From Anaerolineales bacterium (GTDB lineage Bacteria > Chloroflexota > Anaerolineae > Anaerolineales > UBA4823), in NCBI GenBank assembly GCA_041556275.1, contig JBFFIU010000001.1, positions 1-50,705 of the forward strand: DNA of 50,705 nt, read 5' to 3'. The notes beneath the pieces are model-generated. The model saw only the letters and a list, made by a program, of their open reading frames with translations. It made no database searches and had not been told where the DNA came from. Below are positions 10,097 to 19,089 of the stretch, piece by piece. A program made the translations under genes and the position numbers. Numbering within the stretch: position 1 is the stretch's first letter; each line of letters starts with the position of its first letter.

Positions 10097-10272
10097 TCTT
10101 CCTCGCTCTGGATTTCCTCAAGGACCTCCATATCCTTTTGAAGATTGCGCTGCCGGACCAACAGACTGAATAGATAGATCAACATCACTCCGAAAATGAT
10201 GATGTAGCCGGCGATCATGAAGTTGGTCGTATCGGCTGGACCTTCTTGAAAGTACTGTAAGAAATGCATCAT
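10093..10272 (-). CDS. ccmD: CcmD-like heme exporter small subunit (59 aa, below the ORF-track cutoff)
   Basis: My translation is MMHFLQYFQEGPADTTNFMIAGYIIIFGVMLIYLFSLLVRQRNLQKDMEVLEEIQSEEE. It has a single TM followed by a charged tail, an AGGAGAA RBS, and lies immediately after ccmC. Confidence 0.55.
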   Translation of the reverse strand: MMHFLQYFQEGPADTTNFMIAGYIIIFGVMLIYLFSLLVRQRNLQKDMEVLEEIQSEEE

Positions 10273-10282
10273 GTTCTCCTTT

Positions 10283-10993
10283 TTACTGGATCGTCTTCAA
10301 GCGTAATTGTTCAACTTCGTCCGCTTGCCGACCAAGCCGGATGCGATGCCAGAGCAGATCGATAAACACAAATGTGAAAGTTAGCAGACTGAACATGAAA
10401 GTCTGCAGCATCAAGGGGGTCATATCGAAAGCCCCCGTGACACTTGGATCTCCACCAGCAATTACGATCGGGTGAATGGTGCGGAACAGCCTGGCTGAGA
10501 AATAGGTCAACGGCACGCTCAAAGAGCCAATGATGGCGTAGACAGCCCCGAAGCGCGCTCTGCGATCTGGATCCTCGATCCCCTGGCGCAGCAGCAGATA
10601 TGCAATATAAATCAGCAGCATGACCGTGGCCGTGGTCAAGCGAGGATCCCAGGTCCACCAGGTATTCCAGATTGGACGGGCCCAGATTGCACCGGTGACA
10701 ATGTTGATGAAAATAAACACGATGCCGATCTCAACAGCTGCCAGACCAATAATATCCCATTTACGATCCTTTCTGATCAGGTAGATGATGCCAGCCACGG
10801 CAGCACCGATAAAACCGAGCATCCCCACCCAACCAGCAGCGACGTGGAAGTAAAAGACCCGCTGGACATCCCCCATCACGGCTTCTTGCGGCGCATAGAA
10901 GAAGACCATGTACGTCGCCACGAGCAGTAAGATCACCGTGACGACATCTAGAACGGTAAGTAAACGAGGTTTCGATTCCATGTTTAACTCCAT
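10283..10993 (-). CDS. ccmC: Heme exporter protein CcmC
   Basis: Trp-rich WWD motif (WARPIWNTWWTWDPRLTT) and 6 TM segments. Confidence 0.9.
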   Translation of the reverse strand: MELNMESKPRLLTVLDVVTVILLLVATYMVFFYAPQEAVMGDVQRVFYFHVAAGWVGMLGFIGAAVAGIIYLIRKDRKWDIIGLAAVEIGIVFIFINIVTGAIWARPIWNTWWTWDPRLTTATVMLLIYIAYLLLRQGIEDPDRRARFGAVYAIIGSLSVPLTYFSARLFRTIHPIVIAGGDPSVTGAFDMTPLMLQTFMFSLLTFTFVFIDLLWHRIRLGRQADEVEQLRLKTIQ

Positions 10994-11094
10994 TTTAGTC
11001 TGTCATTGTCTATCCCGCGCTCTTTGCGGGGCTGAGGCGAAGTAAAACGAAGCCAAAGCATCCCTGAGACCACAGCCAAGCAAATAGCTATAGG

Positions 11095-11127
11095 GATTCT
11101 TCACTCGCTTCACTCGTTCAGAATGAC
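11095..11127. repeat. Short intergenic repeat motif (...CTTCACTCGTTCAGAATGACA)
   Basis: Lies in the 185-bp ccmB-ccmC gap. A related copy, GCTTCGCTTTGTTCAGCATGACA, is at 41664-41686. Confidence 0.3.
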
Positions 11128-11178
11128 AATTTCTGATTGATTTCACCAATAAAATGAATAATTCACACATCGGATAAA

Positions 11179-11916
11179 CTACTCTTCAACCACATAATCA
11201 AAAACCATAAAAGCGACTGCGGAGAAAATTATATCGTAAGCGATGAGCAGGTTCAGCCAGGGACGGATCTCGTCTATCGGGATCCCATCCAGAAATCCCG
11301 TGCTGGCTTTGACCGCAGCCAGGATGACCGGCAGGACAACTGGGAAAAGCAGTATCGGTAGGAGGATGTCACGAGTGCGCGCCTGGACCGCCATTGCCGC
11401 CAGCAGGGTCCCCACAGCTACATAACCGATCGAGCCCAACAAGATCACCACCAGCAGCCCCGGGTTGAAAAGGTTGACATTGTACAACAGGCTGTAAATC
11501 GGCAAGACAATGATTTCTACCATCATCATGAAGATCAGGTTGCCCAACGCTTTGCCAAAGTAGATGGCACTCCGGTCGACGGGCGCCAGCAGCAATCCAT
11601 CCATGCACCCCCGGTCTTTCTCGACGGCCATCGAGCGGTTGAGGCCCAACGTGCCTGCGAAAACAAAGATCACCCACAGCACGCCAGCGGTGATTGTGCT
11701 CTCCCGACGAGTGGCGGGGTCCAGGTCGAGAGCGAAATTAAAAATCAAGATCACCAGTAGGGCAAACACCAGCATCGCCGAGATCAGCTCCCGACTGCGC
11801 AATTCTGCCGAGAGGTCCTTCCATACCACAGCCCCCATGGCGCGCAGGAAGCCAGCTGCCTTACCCCTGGTGGAACTCTCTTCTCTCAAAGTCACGTAAG
11901 ACGATTCTTGTGCCAT
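11179..11916 (-). CDS. ccmB: Heme exporter permease CcmB
   Basis: 245 aa polytopic membrane protein placed directly after the ABC ATPase in the ccm operon. CcmB-like N-terminus (VVWKDLSAELRSRE). Confidence 0.85.
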   Translation of the reverse strand: MAQESSYVTLREESSTRGKAAGFLRAMGAVVWKDLSAELRSRELISAMLVFALLVILIFNFALDLDPATRRESTITAGVLWVIFVFAGTLGLNRSMAVEKDRGCMDGLLLAPVDRSAIYFGKALGNLIFMMMVEIIVLPIYSLLYNVNLFNPGLLVVILLGSIGYVAVGTLLAAMAVQARTRDILLPILLFPVVLPVILAAVKASTGFLDGIPIDEIRPWLNLLIAYDIIFSAVAFMVFDYVVEE

Positions 11917-11918
11917 GC

Positions 11919-12620
11919 TTAGGCTTCTTGAATCCCTTGTTTGTAGAACGCTAACAGATCATTTGGATCGATATCCTCGCGCCGGACTGAGGCAGCTATC
12001 ACCCCTTTTGAGAGGATATCAAATCGGGAAGCCAGATCCCCTGCTCGAGACAGGTCATGAGAGGTCATGACCACCGTCCTGCCGAGTGCCGCCACTTCCT
12101 TAAGAACCGCGTCCAGCATCGCACTGGCATCCTGATCTAACCCAGTGTGGGGCTCATCAAACAGCATGACATCTGGATCGTGCAAAACGGCTCGGCCGAT
12201 CGCCAGACGCTGTCCCATGCCGCGCGAGAAGGTACGCACCAGGTCGCGCCGGCGAGGGGTCAGCCCAACCAGATCCAAGACCTCGGCCACCCTGTTTTTT
12301 AAATCGAGGACGCCATACATCCGCCCATAAAAACGCAAATTCTCTTCTGCGGTCAGGTCGCCATATAATAATGGCAGGTGAGAGACAACACCCAACCGTC
12401 TGCGTACTGCAGCAGCCTGGTCAGGAAGACGGTAACCAGCAATGCTCACTTCTCCCAGCGAGGGTCGCGAGAGAGAGGCCAGGATGCGCAGAAAAGTAGT
12501 CTTGCCGGCTCCATTCGGGCCAAGTAGGGCGACGAAATCCCCCTGCTCAACGTGGAAATCTAACCCACGCAGAACTGTCTTCAGACCGAAACGTTTTACC
12601 AGCTTGCGAACATCAATCAT
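11919..12620 (-). CDS. ccmA: Heme exporter ATP-binding protein CcmA
   Basis: Walker A GPNGAGKTT, signature FSRGMGQRLAIGRA, Walker B MLFDEP. The call also rests on its position upstream of ccmB. Confidence 0.8.
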   Translation of the reverse strand: MIDVRKLVKRFGLKTVLRGLDFHVEQGDFVALLGPNGAGKTTFLRILASLSRPSLGEVSIAGYRLPDQAAAVRRRLGVVSHLPLLYGDLTAEENLRFYGRMYGVLDLKNRVAEVLDLVGLTPRRRDLVRTFSRGMGQRLAIGRAVLHDPDVMLFDEPHTGLDQDASAMLDAVLKEVAALGRTVVMTSHDLSRAGDLASRFDILSKGVIAASVRREDIDPNDLLAFYKQGIQEA

Positions 12621-12641
12621 TGCTTTTAAGCGAGGGTGCTT

Positions 12642-12662
12642 GGGAGCTGGGGCGCTGGGGAG
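12642..12662. repeat. Left arm of the imperfect inverted repeat flanking the four-helix-bundle gene
   Basis: GGGAGCTGGGGCGCTGGGGAG matches the reverse complement of 13143-13163 (GGAAGCTGGGGAGTAGGGGAG) at 17 of 21 positions. Confidence 0.4.
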
Positions 12663-12710
12663 AAATAAGAACAGGTCATGAACATCAATAAATCCTATAA
12701 TTATCTATTA

Positions 12711-13100
12711 TTAATTTTCTCTGCCAGGTAAGATCCAAGGTGTGGGTTTGGTAATCATATTGACCAGTTTGCCTATAACATGATCGTAAGTTGTTTTCAG
12801 TTCATCCATAATCTCCCTTGGGAGATATTCACATTCATAAGCAAAATCGAGCCAGGTTTGGGTTTCAGCAGCTTCTGCCTCCGCATCAGATAATCTATTG
12901 ATGATGACGGACTCATATCTTCTCTTTCGCCATCCTTCCGCGAAGTTGGCACATACAGAACGAGATGAACGGCGGATCTGATCTGTGAGTGAATAAGTCT
13001 TTTCTTTCGGGAATCGCTTCGAAATCTCGAATATGCGCATTGCAGATTCAAACGCCATCTTATATACATCCAATTCATCGTGGCTTTGAATTCTACTCAT
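12711..13100 (-). CDS. Four-helix-bundle protein (23S rRNA intervening-sequence protein / Avd-like family)
   Basis: LDVYKMAFESAMRIFEISKRFPKEKTYSLTDQIRRSSRSVCANFAEGWRKR is the characteristic family signature. Confidence 0.85.
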   Translation of the reverse strand: MSRIQSHDELDVYKMAFESAMRIFEISKRFPKEKTYSLTDQIRRSSRSVCANFAEGWRKRRYESVIINRLSDAEAEAAETQTWLDFAYECEYLPREIMDELKTTYDHVIGKLVNMITKPTPWILPGREN

Positions 13101-13142
13101 GCTTTTTACTCCATTTATTACACTCTATACCGATCACCCTCG

Positions 13143-13163
13143 CTCCCCTACTCCCCAGCTTCC
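13143..13163. repeat. Right arm of the inverted repeat flanking the four-helix-bundle gene
   Basis: See 12642-12662. It overlaps the last codons and the stop of the 670-aa upstream gene. Confidence 0.4.
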
Positions 13164-15160
13164 TGGCTCCCCTGCTCCCTGTCTCTCTGACCCCCTGGCT
13201 CCTCAGTTGCCTCGCTACCCATCAACTCCTTGATTCTGGCTTTAAGCTCGGAGCGACGTTTTTGGTATGCCTCCTGCGGTAACTTACCGGCCTTATACTG
13301 ATCATCCAGGGCAAGGATGGCATCAAAGAGCATATCCAAATCATCGCCATTCTCTCCAGCGGGATATTCACCATCAGCGTCGTATTCACGCTCTTCCGGT
13401 CTTTCTTTGCGTGAACGGGTATAGAGCCAGACACCAGCCACGATGAGGACGACGCCAAATGCCACCAGGCCAACCACGAGGCTCGAATTTGAACCAATGG
13501 CCAACCCTAATCCCCCTCGTGGGCGCCCAGAAATATCAATTGCCAGATCGGTTCCCGCCTCGAGTCGTCCGCTGGAATACAAATGGTAGGGGATTCCCTG
13601 CACATCGCGAGTGCCCATATCACGCAGCTGGTCACCACTGACTCTAAGCCCATCTTCCGGAAGCAAAACAACCACCGCATCAACTGGGACATCAAGAGGC
13701 CGGATGAAATCCAGCTTGCTTTTGTAGGGCACATCATAGGAATATACAACCTGGTGTTGACCCATTCCAGGTCGAATCACTGCCACATCTCCAAATCCAT
13801 TTTGGGTTTGAATGTATCGCTCTCCGACGACACCATCCTCGAATTGCAAGTTGGTGGCGCCCTGCGGTAAATTAAAGGACAACACGGGTTTTCCGTTTTC
13901 GGGAGCCACCACGATCTCATTTCCAGGATTAGAAATGATGTACATCTCGACCACTCTCAATATATCGGGCTCGAGATAACTAAATAAAAGGTGCAGGCGA
14001 TCGACGGATAATATGGAGGTGTCGGTGGTCGTTTCAAAGTAAGGGATCACCAGGGCCAGATTGGATGTGTTTTCATCAACCACGGAGATATCGGAGCTAT
14101 AGCCCATTTCTTGATAGTTTACAGTGGCGAGAAAAGTACGTCCCGGAGGCATCTCCACGTTTTCGAATATGAATTCTCCTTCGGGGCCTGCGTCAATCTC
14201 TGCGAAGAAAGTTTGCTGCATCTGATCGAATCCATGCAGTGACACTGTGAGGTTCGACGGGATATCACCTCCAGAGGCGCTGACCACTTGCCCCTCAACC
14301 ACTCCCATACCAGAGGCTTCTTCTGTCGCCAGAGGAGTACTAGGCGTTTGGGTATTTGATGACCCTGTTGGCGGCTCAGGAGTACCCTGGCTAGAGATAC
14401 CCGCAACTGGTGAAAGGAATGTTTGAGAACGCAAATAAGCAGTTAAAGCCCAACGCTCCTCTGGGGACAATTGCTCACCAAAGGCAGGCATCGTCGGTTC
14501 ATCTCCATCACTGATCACCTGAAAGAGCTGTTCATCTGTGATGTTAGCCATATATTCCTGATCGATGAGGTTTGATGGATTAGCGGAAAGATCCGCTGCT
14601 TCAGGTCCGTCCCCTATGCCACCCTCCCCATGACAAGGGGCACAGTTGATTTGATAAACCTCTTCACCCAGGGTTACTGTCTCAGGGTTATTGCTCAGGC
14701 TGAAAAGGTAAGCGGTCACATCCCAACGCTGCCGGTCAGTGAGACTATTAAATGGGGGCATCCGTCGTTCTATATTGCCATTAGTGATAATTGCATACCA
14801 ATCGGCTGGTGATGAAGAGCGAGCCAAATCTACAGTTCCTATTGCCGGCGGAGGAAAAGGCAATTCATCGGCCATTTCTCCATTTCCCAATCCATCGACA
14901 CCATGGCAGGGAGCGCATTTCTCGGCATAAATTTGCGCTCCAGCAGATGGGTCAGGATGAACCATCGGGTAAAGGGGCCCCTCAGGAAGGGGTTGTGAAG
15001 GTTCTATAACCGGCACTTCAGCACCAGGTGGAGGAGTGATATCCTCAGCTAAAGAAAATGAACATGCCGATAAGAACAAGAGGCCAGAAAAGGTGAGGAT
15101 CAGGGTATATACAGCAGAATTCCGAAAACAGATTTTGAGCAGAGCTCGGTTGTCATTCAT
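13148..15160 (-). CDS. Diheme cytochrome c lipoprotein with a large beta-rich periplasmic domain, a C-terminal TM helix and a CcmI-like cytoplasmic tail
   Basis: Lipobox FLSAC. Two class I heme motifs (CAPCHGVDGLGNG, CAPCHGEGGIGDG). TM helix LVVGLVAFGVVLIVAGVWLY. The tail LALDDQYKAGKLPQEAYQKRRSELKARIKEL resembles the CcmI N-terminal-domain motif. Confidence 0.7.
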   Translation of the reverse strand: MNDNRALLKICFRNSAVYTLILTFSGLLFLSACSFSLAEDITPPPGAEVPVIEPSQPLPEGPLYPMVHPDPSAGAQIYAEKCAPCHGVDGLGNGEMADELPFPPPAIGTVDLARSSSPADWYAIITNGNIERRMPPFNSLTDRQRWDVTAYLFSLSNNPETVTLGEEVYQINCAPCHGEGGIGDGPEAADLSANPSNLIDQEYMANITDEQLFQVISDGDEPTMPAFGEQLSPEERWALTAYLRSQTFLSPVAGISSQGTPEPPTGSSNTQTPSTPLATEEASGMGVVEGQVVSASGGDIPSNLTVSLHGFDQMQQTFFAEIDAGPEGEFIFENVEMPPGRTFLATVNYQEMGYSSDISVVDENTSNLALVIPYFETTTDTSILSVDRLHLLFSYLEPDILRVVEMYIISNPGNEIVVAPENGKPVLSFNLPQGATNLQFEDGVVGERYIQTQNGFGDVAVIRPGMGQHQVVYSYDVPYKSKLDFIRPLDVPVDAVVVLLPEDGLRVSGDQLRDMGTRDVQGIPYHLYSSGRLEAGTDLAIDISGRPRGGLGLAIGSNSSLVVGLVAFGVVLIVAGVWLYTRSRKERPEEREYDADGEYPAGENGDDLDMLFDAILALDDQYKAGKLPQEAYQKRRSELKARIKELMGSEATEEPGGQRDREQGSQEAGE

Positions 15161-15201
15161 ATGCAGTACTTCACCGATAAGGAGATTTTCACGCTATCCC
15201 G

Positions 15202-15750
15202 CTAGACAAGGGGCTTACCACAACTGGGACAGAAACTATCCGAGGATTGGACCGGGCGACCACATTGGGGACAAAACCCAGCAGATTTATCCTGGCGAGA
15301 ACGCCGCCGGGCAGCCAGCTGGATTTCTACTTCGTCATCCGCCTGTATGGCTACCTGGGTTCCCCCAGCTGCACCAACACCAACAACTTGATTCGAAACT
15401 GCACGGCGTTCGGCAATTGCTGCCTCGACCCGTTCATCCAAATCGTTGTTTGGGGTGACCGCGCCATATTCATCCAATTGGCGCAAGACATCGGCTCCCC
15501 GTTGAAGCAGGAGACTTCGTTGAGCAGGATACTCATCCTCAGGGATCTTCCCCAAGGCATGATCAAAATCCAGCTCTTGTAGGGCGTTCAGCACGCGATC
15601 CTGTTCTGCCAGCAATGTGGACACCTCATGTTCCGTCTGGTCATCCTCATGAGCATTACCGGGAGCATCCCGATCAAAAAGTGGACGGGCGATGAATAAC
15701 CCAATCAAAATTAATAAGGCCAGCAAAAAAAGAATTGAGCCAATATCCAT
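15202..15750 (-). CDS. Membrane-anchored CcmI-N-terminal-like protein with a C-terminal zinc ribbon
   Basis: N-terminal TM helix, then LLAEQDRVLNALQELDFDHALGKIPEDEYPAQRSLLLQRGADVLRQL (CcmI-type L-x-EL-x-D-x3-G-x-I pattern). The C-terminus is FCPQCGRPVQSSDSFCPSCG. Confidence 0.5.
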   Translation of the reverse strand: MDIGSILFLLALLILIGLFIARPLFDRDAPGNAHEDDQTEHEVSTLLAEQDRVLNALQELDFDHALGKIPEDEYPAQRSLLLQRGADVLRQLDEYGAVTPNNDLDERVEAAIAERRAVSNQVVGVGAAGGTQVAIQADDEVEIQLAARRRSRQDKSAGFCPQCGRPVQSSDSFCPSCGKPLV

Positions 15751-15792
15751 GACGGTTTAATGCGCTTTCACTTTCATTTTGAAAATCCCGGG

Positions 15793-16401
15793 TTATGAAT
15801 CAAGCAGGGGATCGATCATTCCCTGGATCTCATTCAGGGAGACAAAGGGCGAGATTTTAAATGCGGCCAGTTTTCCATCTTTGCCGATGATATACGTCTC
15901 AGGTACACCGCGAATGCGATAAGCCTGAGAGATTTGCGTACGCAGATCGGGGCCATTGGGGTAGGTTATATCGAACTTCTCCAGATATGCCATCGCTTCC
16001 GTTTCAGTATCGACGTAATCCACACCCAGGAAGACGACGTCACCACGCGGCTCGTACATACGCCAGGCTGTTTCCAGTTCAGCAGCCTCCTCTTCGCATG
16101 GTTTACACCATGAAGCCCAAAAATTTACCACCACTACCTTGCCATCGAGATCCTTTAAGCTGATCTGATCACCATCAAAGGTAGTAAGGGTGAAATTCGG
16201 AGCGGTTTGACCGACTGATACAGGACCTTCCTGTGTTCTCAGCAAGCCAACAGCCAATAGCGTCAAAAGGCCGAATACAGCGATCCAGGCGACCAAGGCT
16301 CCAATGGAGAGATTCAATCCAAATGCGTTGACTCGCCCTGTTTTCTTGGTCGATTCAGGGGCGGATTCCGTATTTAAGGGGGTGGGATGAGTTTCAGTCA
16401 T
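15793..16401 (-). CDS. ccmG: Thiol:disulfide oxidoreductase CcmG/DsbE (TlpA/ResA family)
   Basis: TM anchor plus VVVNFWASWCKPCEEE (CxxC thioredoxin fold). Confidence 0.85.
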   Translation of the reverse strand: MTETHPTPLNTESAPESTKKTGRVNAFGLNLSIGALVAWIAVFGLLTLLAVGLLRTQEGPVSVGQTAPNFTLTTFDGDQISLKDLDGKVVVVNFWASWCKPCEEEAAELETAWRMYEPRGDVVFLGVDYVDTETEAMAYLEKFDITYPNGPDLRTQISQAYRIRGVPETYIIGKDGKLAAFKISPFVSLNEIQGMIDPLLDS

Positions 16402-16436
16402 ACTCAGATTCTATGCTCCTAGGATGCGACCAAAAG

Positions 16437-16934
16437 CTAACGCCGGCGCAGTTCTTCCTCGATGCGAGCCACATATTCATCCTGGGTTTCACTCTCAGGA
16501 AGATCTTGTACCGGACTAGATGGAGAGGATTTCCTCCACGAGCGCATGGCTCGATATAGGACATAACCTCCAGCGATGAATACCAGCGGAGGGATCACAT
16601 ACACCAGCCAGTTTAAGCCGCGAGCCGGAGGCGAGGCTAAGACTCGGTCTCCATACTGGTTGACGAAATAAGTCTTGATCTCATCTTCCGTCCAACCTTG
16701 AGAGATTTTCTCTCCGATCAAAGCCCGCCATTGAGCGCAAGCTTGAGTTGGGCACACATCCAGGGGGATATTCTCGCAAACTGGGCAGTAGAGCTGTTTG
16801 GCGATCTCATTGATCTGGTCATCGGTTGGTTCGGAAGGAGCCGCCTCCTGGGCCTGCACTGCACCAAACGGCAGGAAAGAAAAAATCAATCCGAGGATCA
16901 AAAAAGCCAAGGCAAACGTCTTATTCTTGCCCAT
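16437..16934 (-). CDS. ccmH: Cytochrome c biogenesis protein CcmH (NrfF-like)
   Basis: Signal peptide, LYCPVCENIPLDVC (CxxC), YFVNQYGDRVLASPP, and a C-terminal TM helix. Confidence 0.85.
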   Translation of the reverse strand: MGKNKTFALAFLILGLIFSFLPFGAVQAQEAAPSEPTDDQINEIAKQLYCPVCENIPLDVCPTQACAQWRALIGEKISQGWTEDEIKTYFVNQYGDRVLASPPARGLNWLVYVIPPLVFIAGGYVLYRAMRSWRKSSPSSPVQDLPESETQDEYVARIEEELRRR

Positions 16935-19018
16935 TATGCCTTTGCCGCCACGTAGCCAGTTTGTTTTGCAGACATGCGGACCGACTCGGGATCGCGGTCA
17001 GGCCAGGCCGCAACCAGCGTCCCAATGATAAACACGAATCCACCCAACCAGAGCCAATTAACCAGGGGATTGTGGTAGATCTTAAAGGTAGCTCCAGCGG
17101 TTGATATCGGTTGCCAATCCACCAGCAGGACGTAAAAATCATCCTCCCATGTACTCCGCACGCCCGGAATGGTCATGGGTTGCTGTGATTCGTAATAATA
17201 ATCACGGCGTGGGTAAAGTTCTCCAACAAATTGCCCGTTTTTATCGACGGAGACCACCGCCCGTGCGACATTGCGACCATCATCCGTATCAAATGCAGCC
17301 AGCGAATTGAAGGTGAGCGTGTAATCACCCAGGGCGATCGTCTCGCCTTGCGGGATAGTCCCCTGGGTCTCTGACTGGAAGATCTCGATTCCGATAATCC
17401 CGATCGCCATCAGAACTACGCCCAGATGGATGATATAGCCACCGTATCTACGGCGATTGCGTCCTGCCAGACGCCATAATGCAACTGGAAAGCTTTCACC
17501 TGAGCGGCGATGCCGAGCCCGGGCACCACGCCAGAATTCGTAAAGTGTGACTGCAGCCACGAAACTGCACAGCCAGAATCCCAATAAGGCTGCCGGGTTG
17601 CGGGTGCCGCTGACAATAACAACTGCCACCACCACCAGAGAGGCGATGAAAGGTTTCCAGACCGCTCGTCCCAGTGTTTTAGCTGAAGAAAAGCGCCAGG
17701 CCGCCAAAGGCGCAACGCCCATTAGAAGCAGCAGGCCAGCGAATAAAGGGGCGGTCGCCCGTTCGTAGAACGGCGGACCAACGGTGACTTTTTGCCCGGT
17801 GAAGACCTCTGAGATCAGCGGGAAAATCACGCCCCAGAAACAGACGACAAGAATGCCCATGAACAACAGGTTGTTGAGCAGAAACAGTGCTTCTCGCGAT
17901 AAAAGCGAAGTCATTTGCGTTTCCGCCTTGAGATCGTTCCAGCGTTTGAGCAGCAGCGAGAGGGATACAACAAAAGTAAGACCCATGAAGGCGAAGAAAA
18001 CCGGCCCAATTGCACTCTGGGCGAATGCATGCACGGAGGAAAGCACACCAGAACGAGTGAGGAAGGTGCCGAAGATCACCAGCTCATAGGTCAGGATGAT
18101 CAGGATCATATTCCAATGTTTCAACATGCCCCGTTTCTCCTGGATCATGACCGAATGCAGCAAAGCTGTTCCAGTTAACCAGGGCATAAAAGCAGCGATC
18201 TCCACCGGATCCCAGCCCCAATAACCACCCCAACCGAGGACATCATAGGCCCACCGACCCCCAAGTATCAGACCAAGCGAGAGGAACAACCAAGCAACCA
18301 GCGTCCAGCGGCGGGTGATGCGGATCCAGCGGTCATCAGTCCGGCCAGTGACCAGCGCGGCGATGGCAAAAGCATAAGGGATCACAAAAGAAACAAATCC
18401 CAGGTAAAGCATAGGCGGATGGATGATCATCCCTGGATGGCGCAGGAGCGGATTCAATCCGCTTCCATCAGCAGGTTTGAACAATACCGAGCCAGCTGGC
18501 TGCAGCATGGAAGTCGTAATTTCCCCAGCAGGAGTCTGCCAGATACGGACGAAGGGATTTTCGATAAAAACACTCAACCCGAGGAAAAAAGCCAGCGTGA
18601 CGAGGGAAACGATGATCACCCAGGGTAAGAATTCCTGATCACGCTTCCACTTGCGCAGGGTTACCGCCGAAGCAAAAGCAGCCAGCAGCCAGGACCAAAA
18701 GACGAGCGATCCCGGTTGCCCTCCCCACAATGCGGTGACCTTCAGGTAAAAGGGCATGCTGTTGCTGGTGACCGTGGCTACATAATTAACTTCATAGGCA
18801 TTGGAAACCAGGAGATAAATAATGCATAAAGCCGATACTGTTACTAAGGGAAAAGTCAGCAGCATAGCATTGCGCGCGCTGGCAACCCAGGTATGCTCTC
18901 CTCTGCGAGCGCCGTAGTAGGCAGCACCAATGCCGTAAAGAGAGATCAAAAAAGTGATAACGAGTGCCCCATATCCAATATTAGCAACCATAAAAGGCTT
19001 CACCTCTGTTACATGCAA
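16934..19018 (-). CDS. ccmF: Cytochrome c heme lyase subunit CcmF
   Basis: 694 aa polytopic protein with the WWD motif WGGYWGWDPVE. Confidence 0.95.
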   Translation of the reverse strand: MHVTEVKPFMVANIGYGALVITFLISLYGIGAAYYGARRGEHTWVASARNAMLLTFPLVTVSALCIIYLLVSNAYEVNYVATVTSNSMPFYLKVTALWGGQPGSLVFWSWLLAAFASAVTLRKWKRDQEFLPWVIIVSLVTLAFFLGLSVFIENPFVRIWQTPAGEITTSMLQPAGSVLFKPADGSGLNPLLRHPGMIIHPPMLYLGFVSFVIPYAFAIAALVTGRTDDRWIRITRRWTLVAWLFLSLGLILGGRWAYDVLGWGGYWGWDPVEIAAFMPWLTGTALLHSVMIQEKRGMLKHWNMILIILTYELVIFGTFLTRSGVLSSVHAFAQSAIGPVFFAFMGLTFVVSLSLLLKRWNDLKAETQMTSLLSREALFLLNNLLFMGILVVCFWGVIFPLISEVFTGQKVTVGPPFYERATAPLFAGLLLLMGVAPLAAWRFSSAKTLGRAVWKPFIASLVVVAVVIVSGTRNPAALLGFWLCSFVAAVTLYEFWRGARARHRRSGESFPVALWRLAGRNRRRYGGYIIHLGVVLMAIGIIGIEIFQSETQGTIPQGETIALGDYTLTFNSLAAFDTDDGRNVARAVVSVDKNGQFVGELYPRRDYYYESQQPMTIPGVRSTWEDDFYVLLVDWQPISTAGATFKIYHNPLVNWLWLGGFVFIIGTLVAAWPDRDPESVRMSAKQTGYVAAKA

Positions 19019-19089
19019 TGCGTGAAACGCATTATCAATTGCATTTCACGCATCAGTAGATCAATCAAAAACGAAACCCTGACAATACA

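Noticed and set aside
12711-13100. Possibility that the Avd-like four-helix-bundle gene marks a diversity-generating retroelement
   Set aside because: No reverse transcriptase ORF lies nearby, and I could find no template/variable repeat pair (about 100-150 bp near-identical repeats with A-specific differences). The gene stands alone inside the ccm operon.
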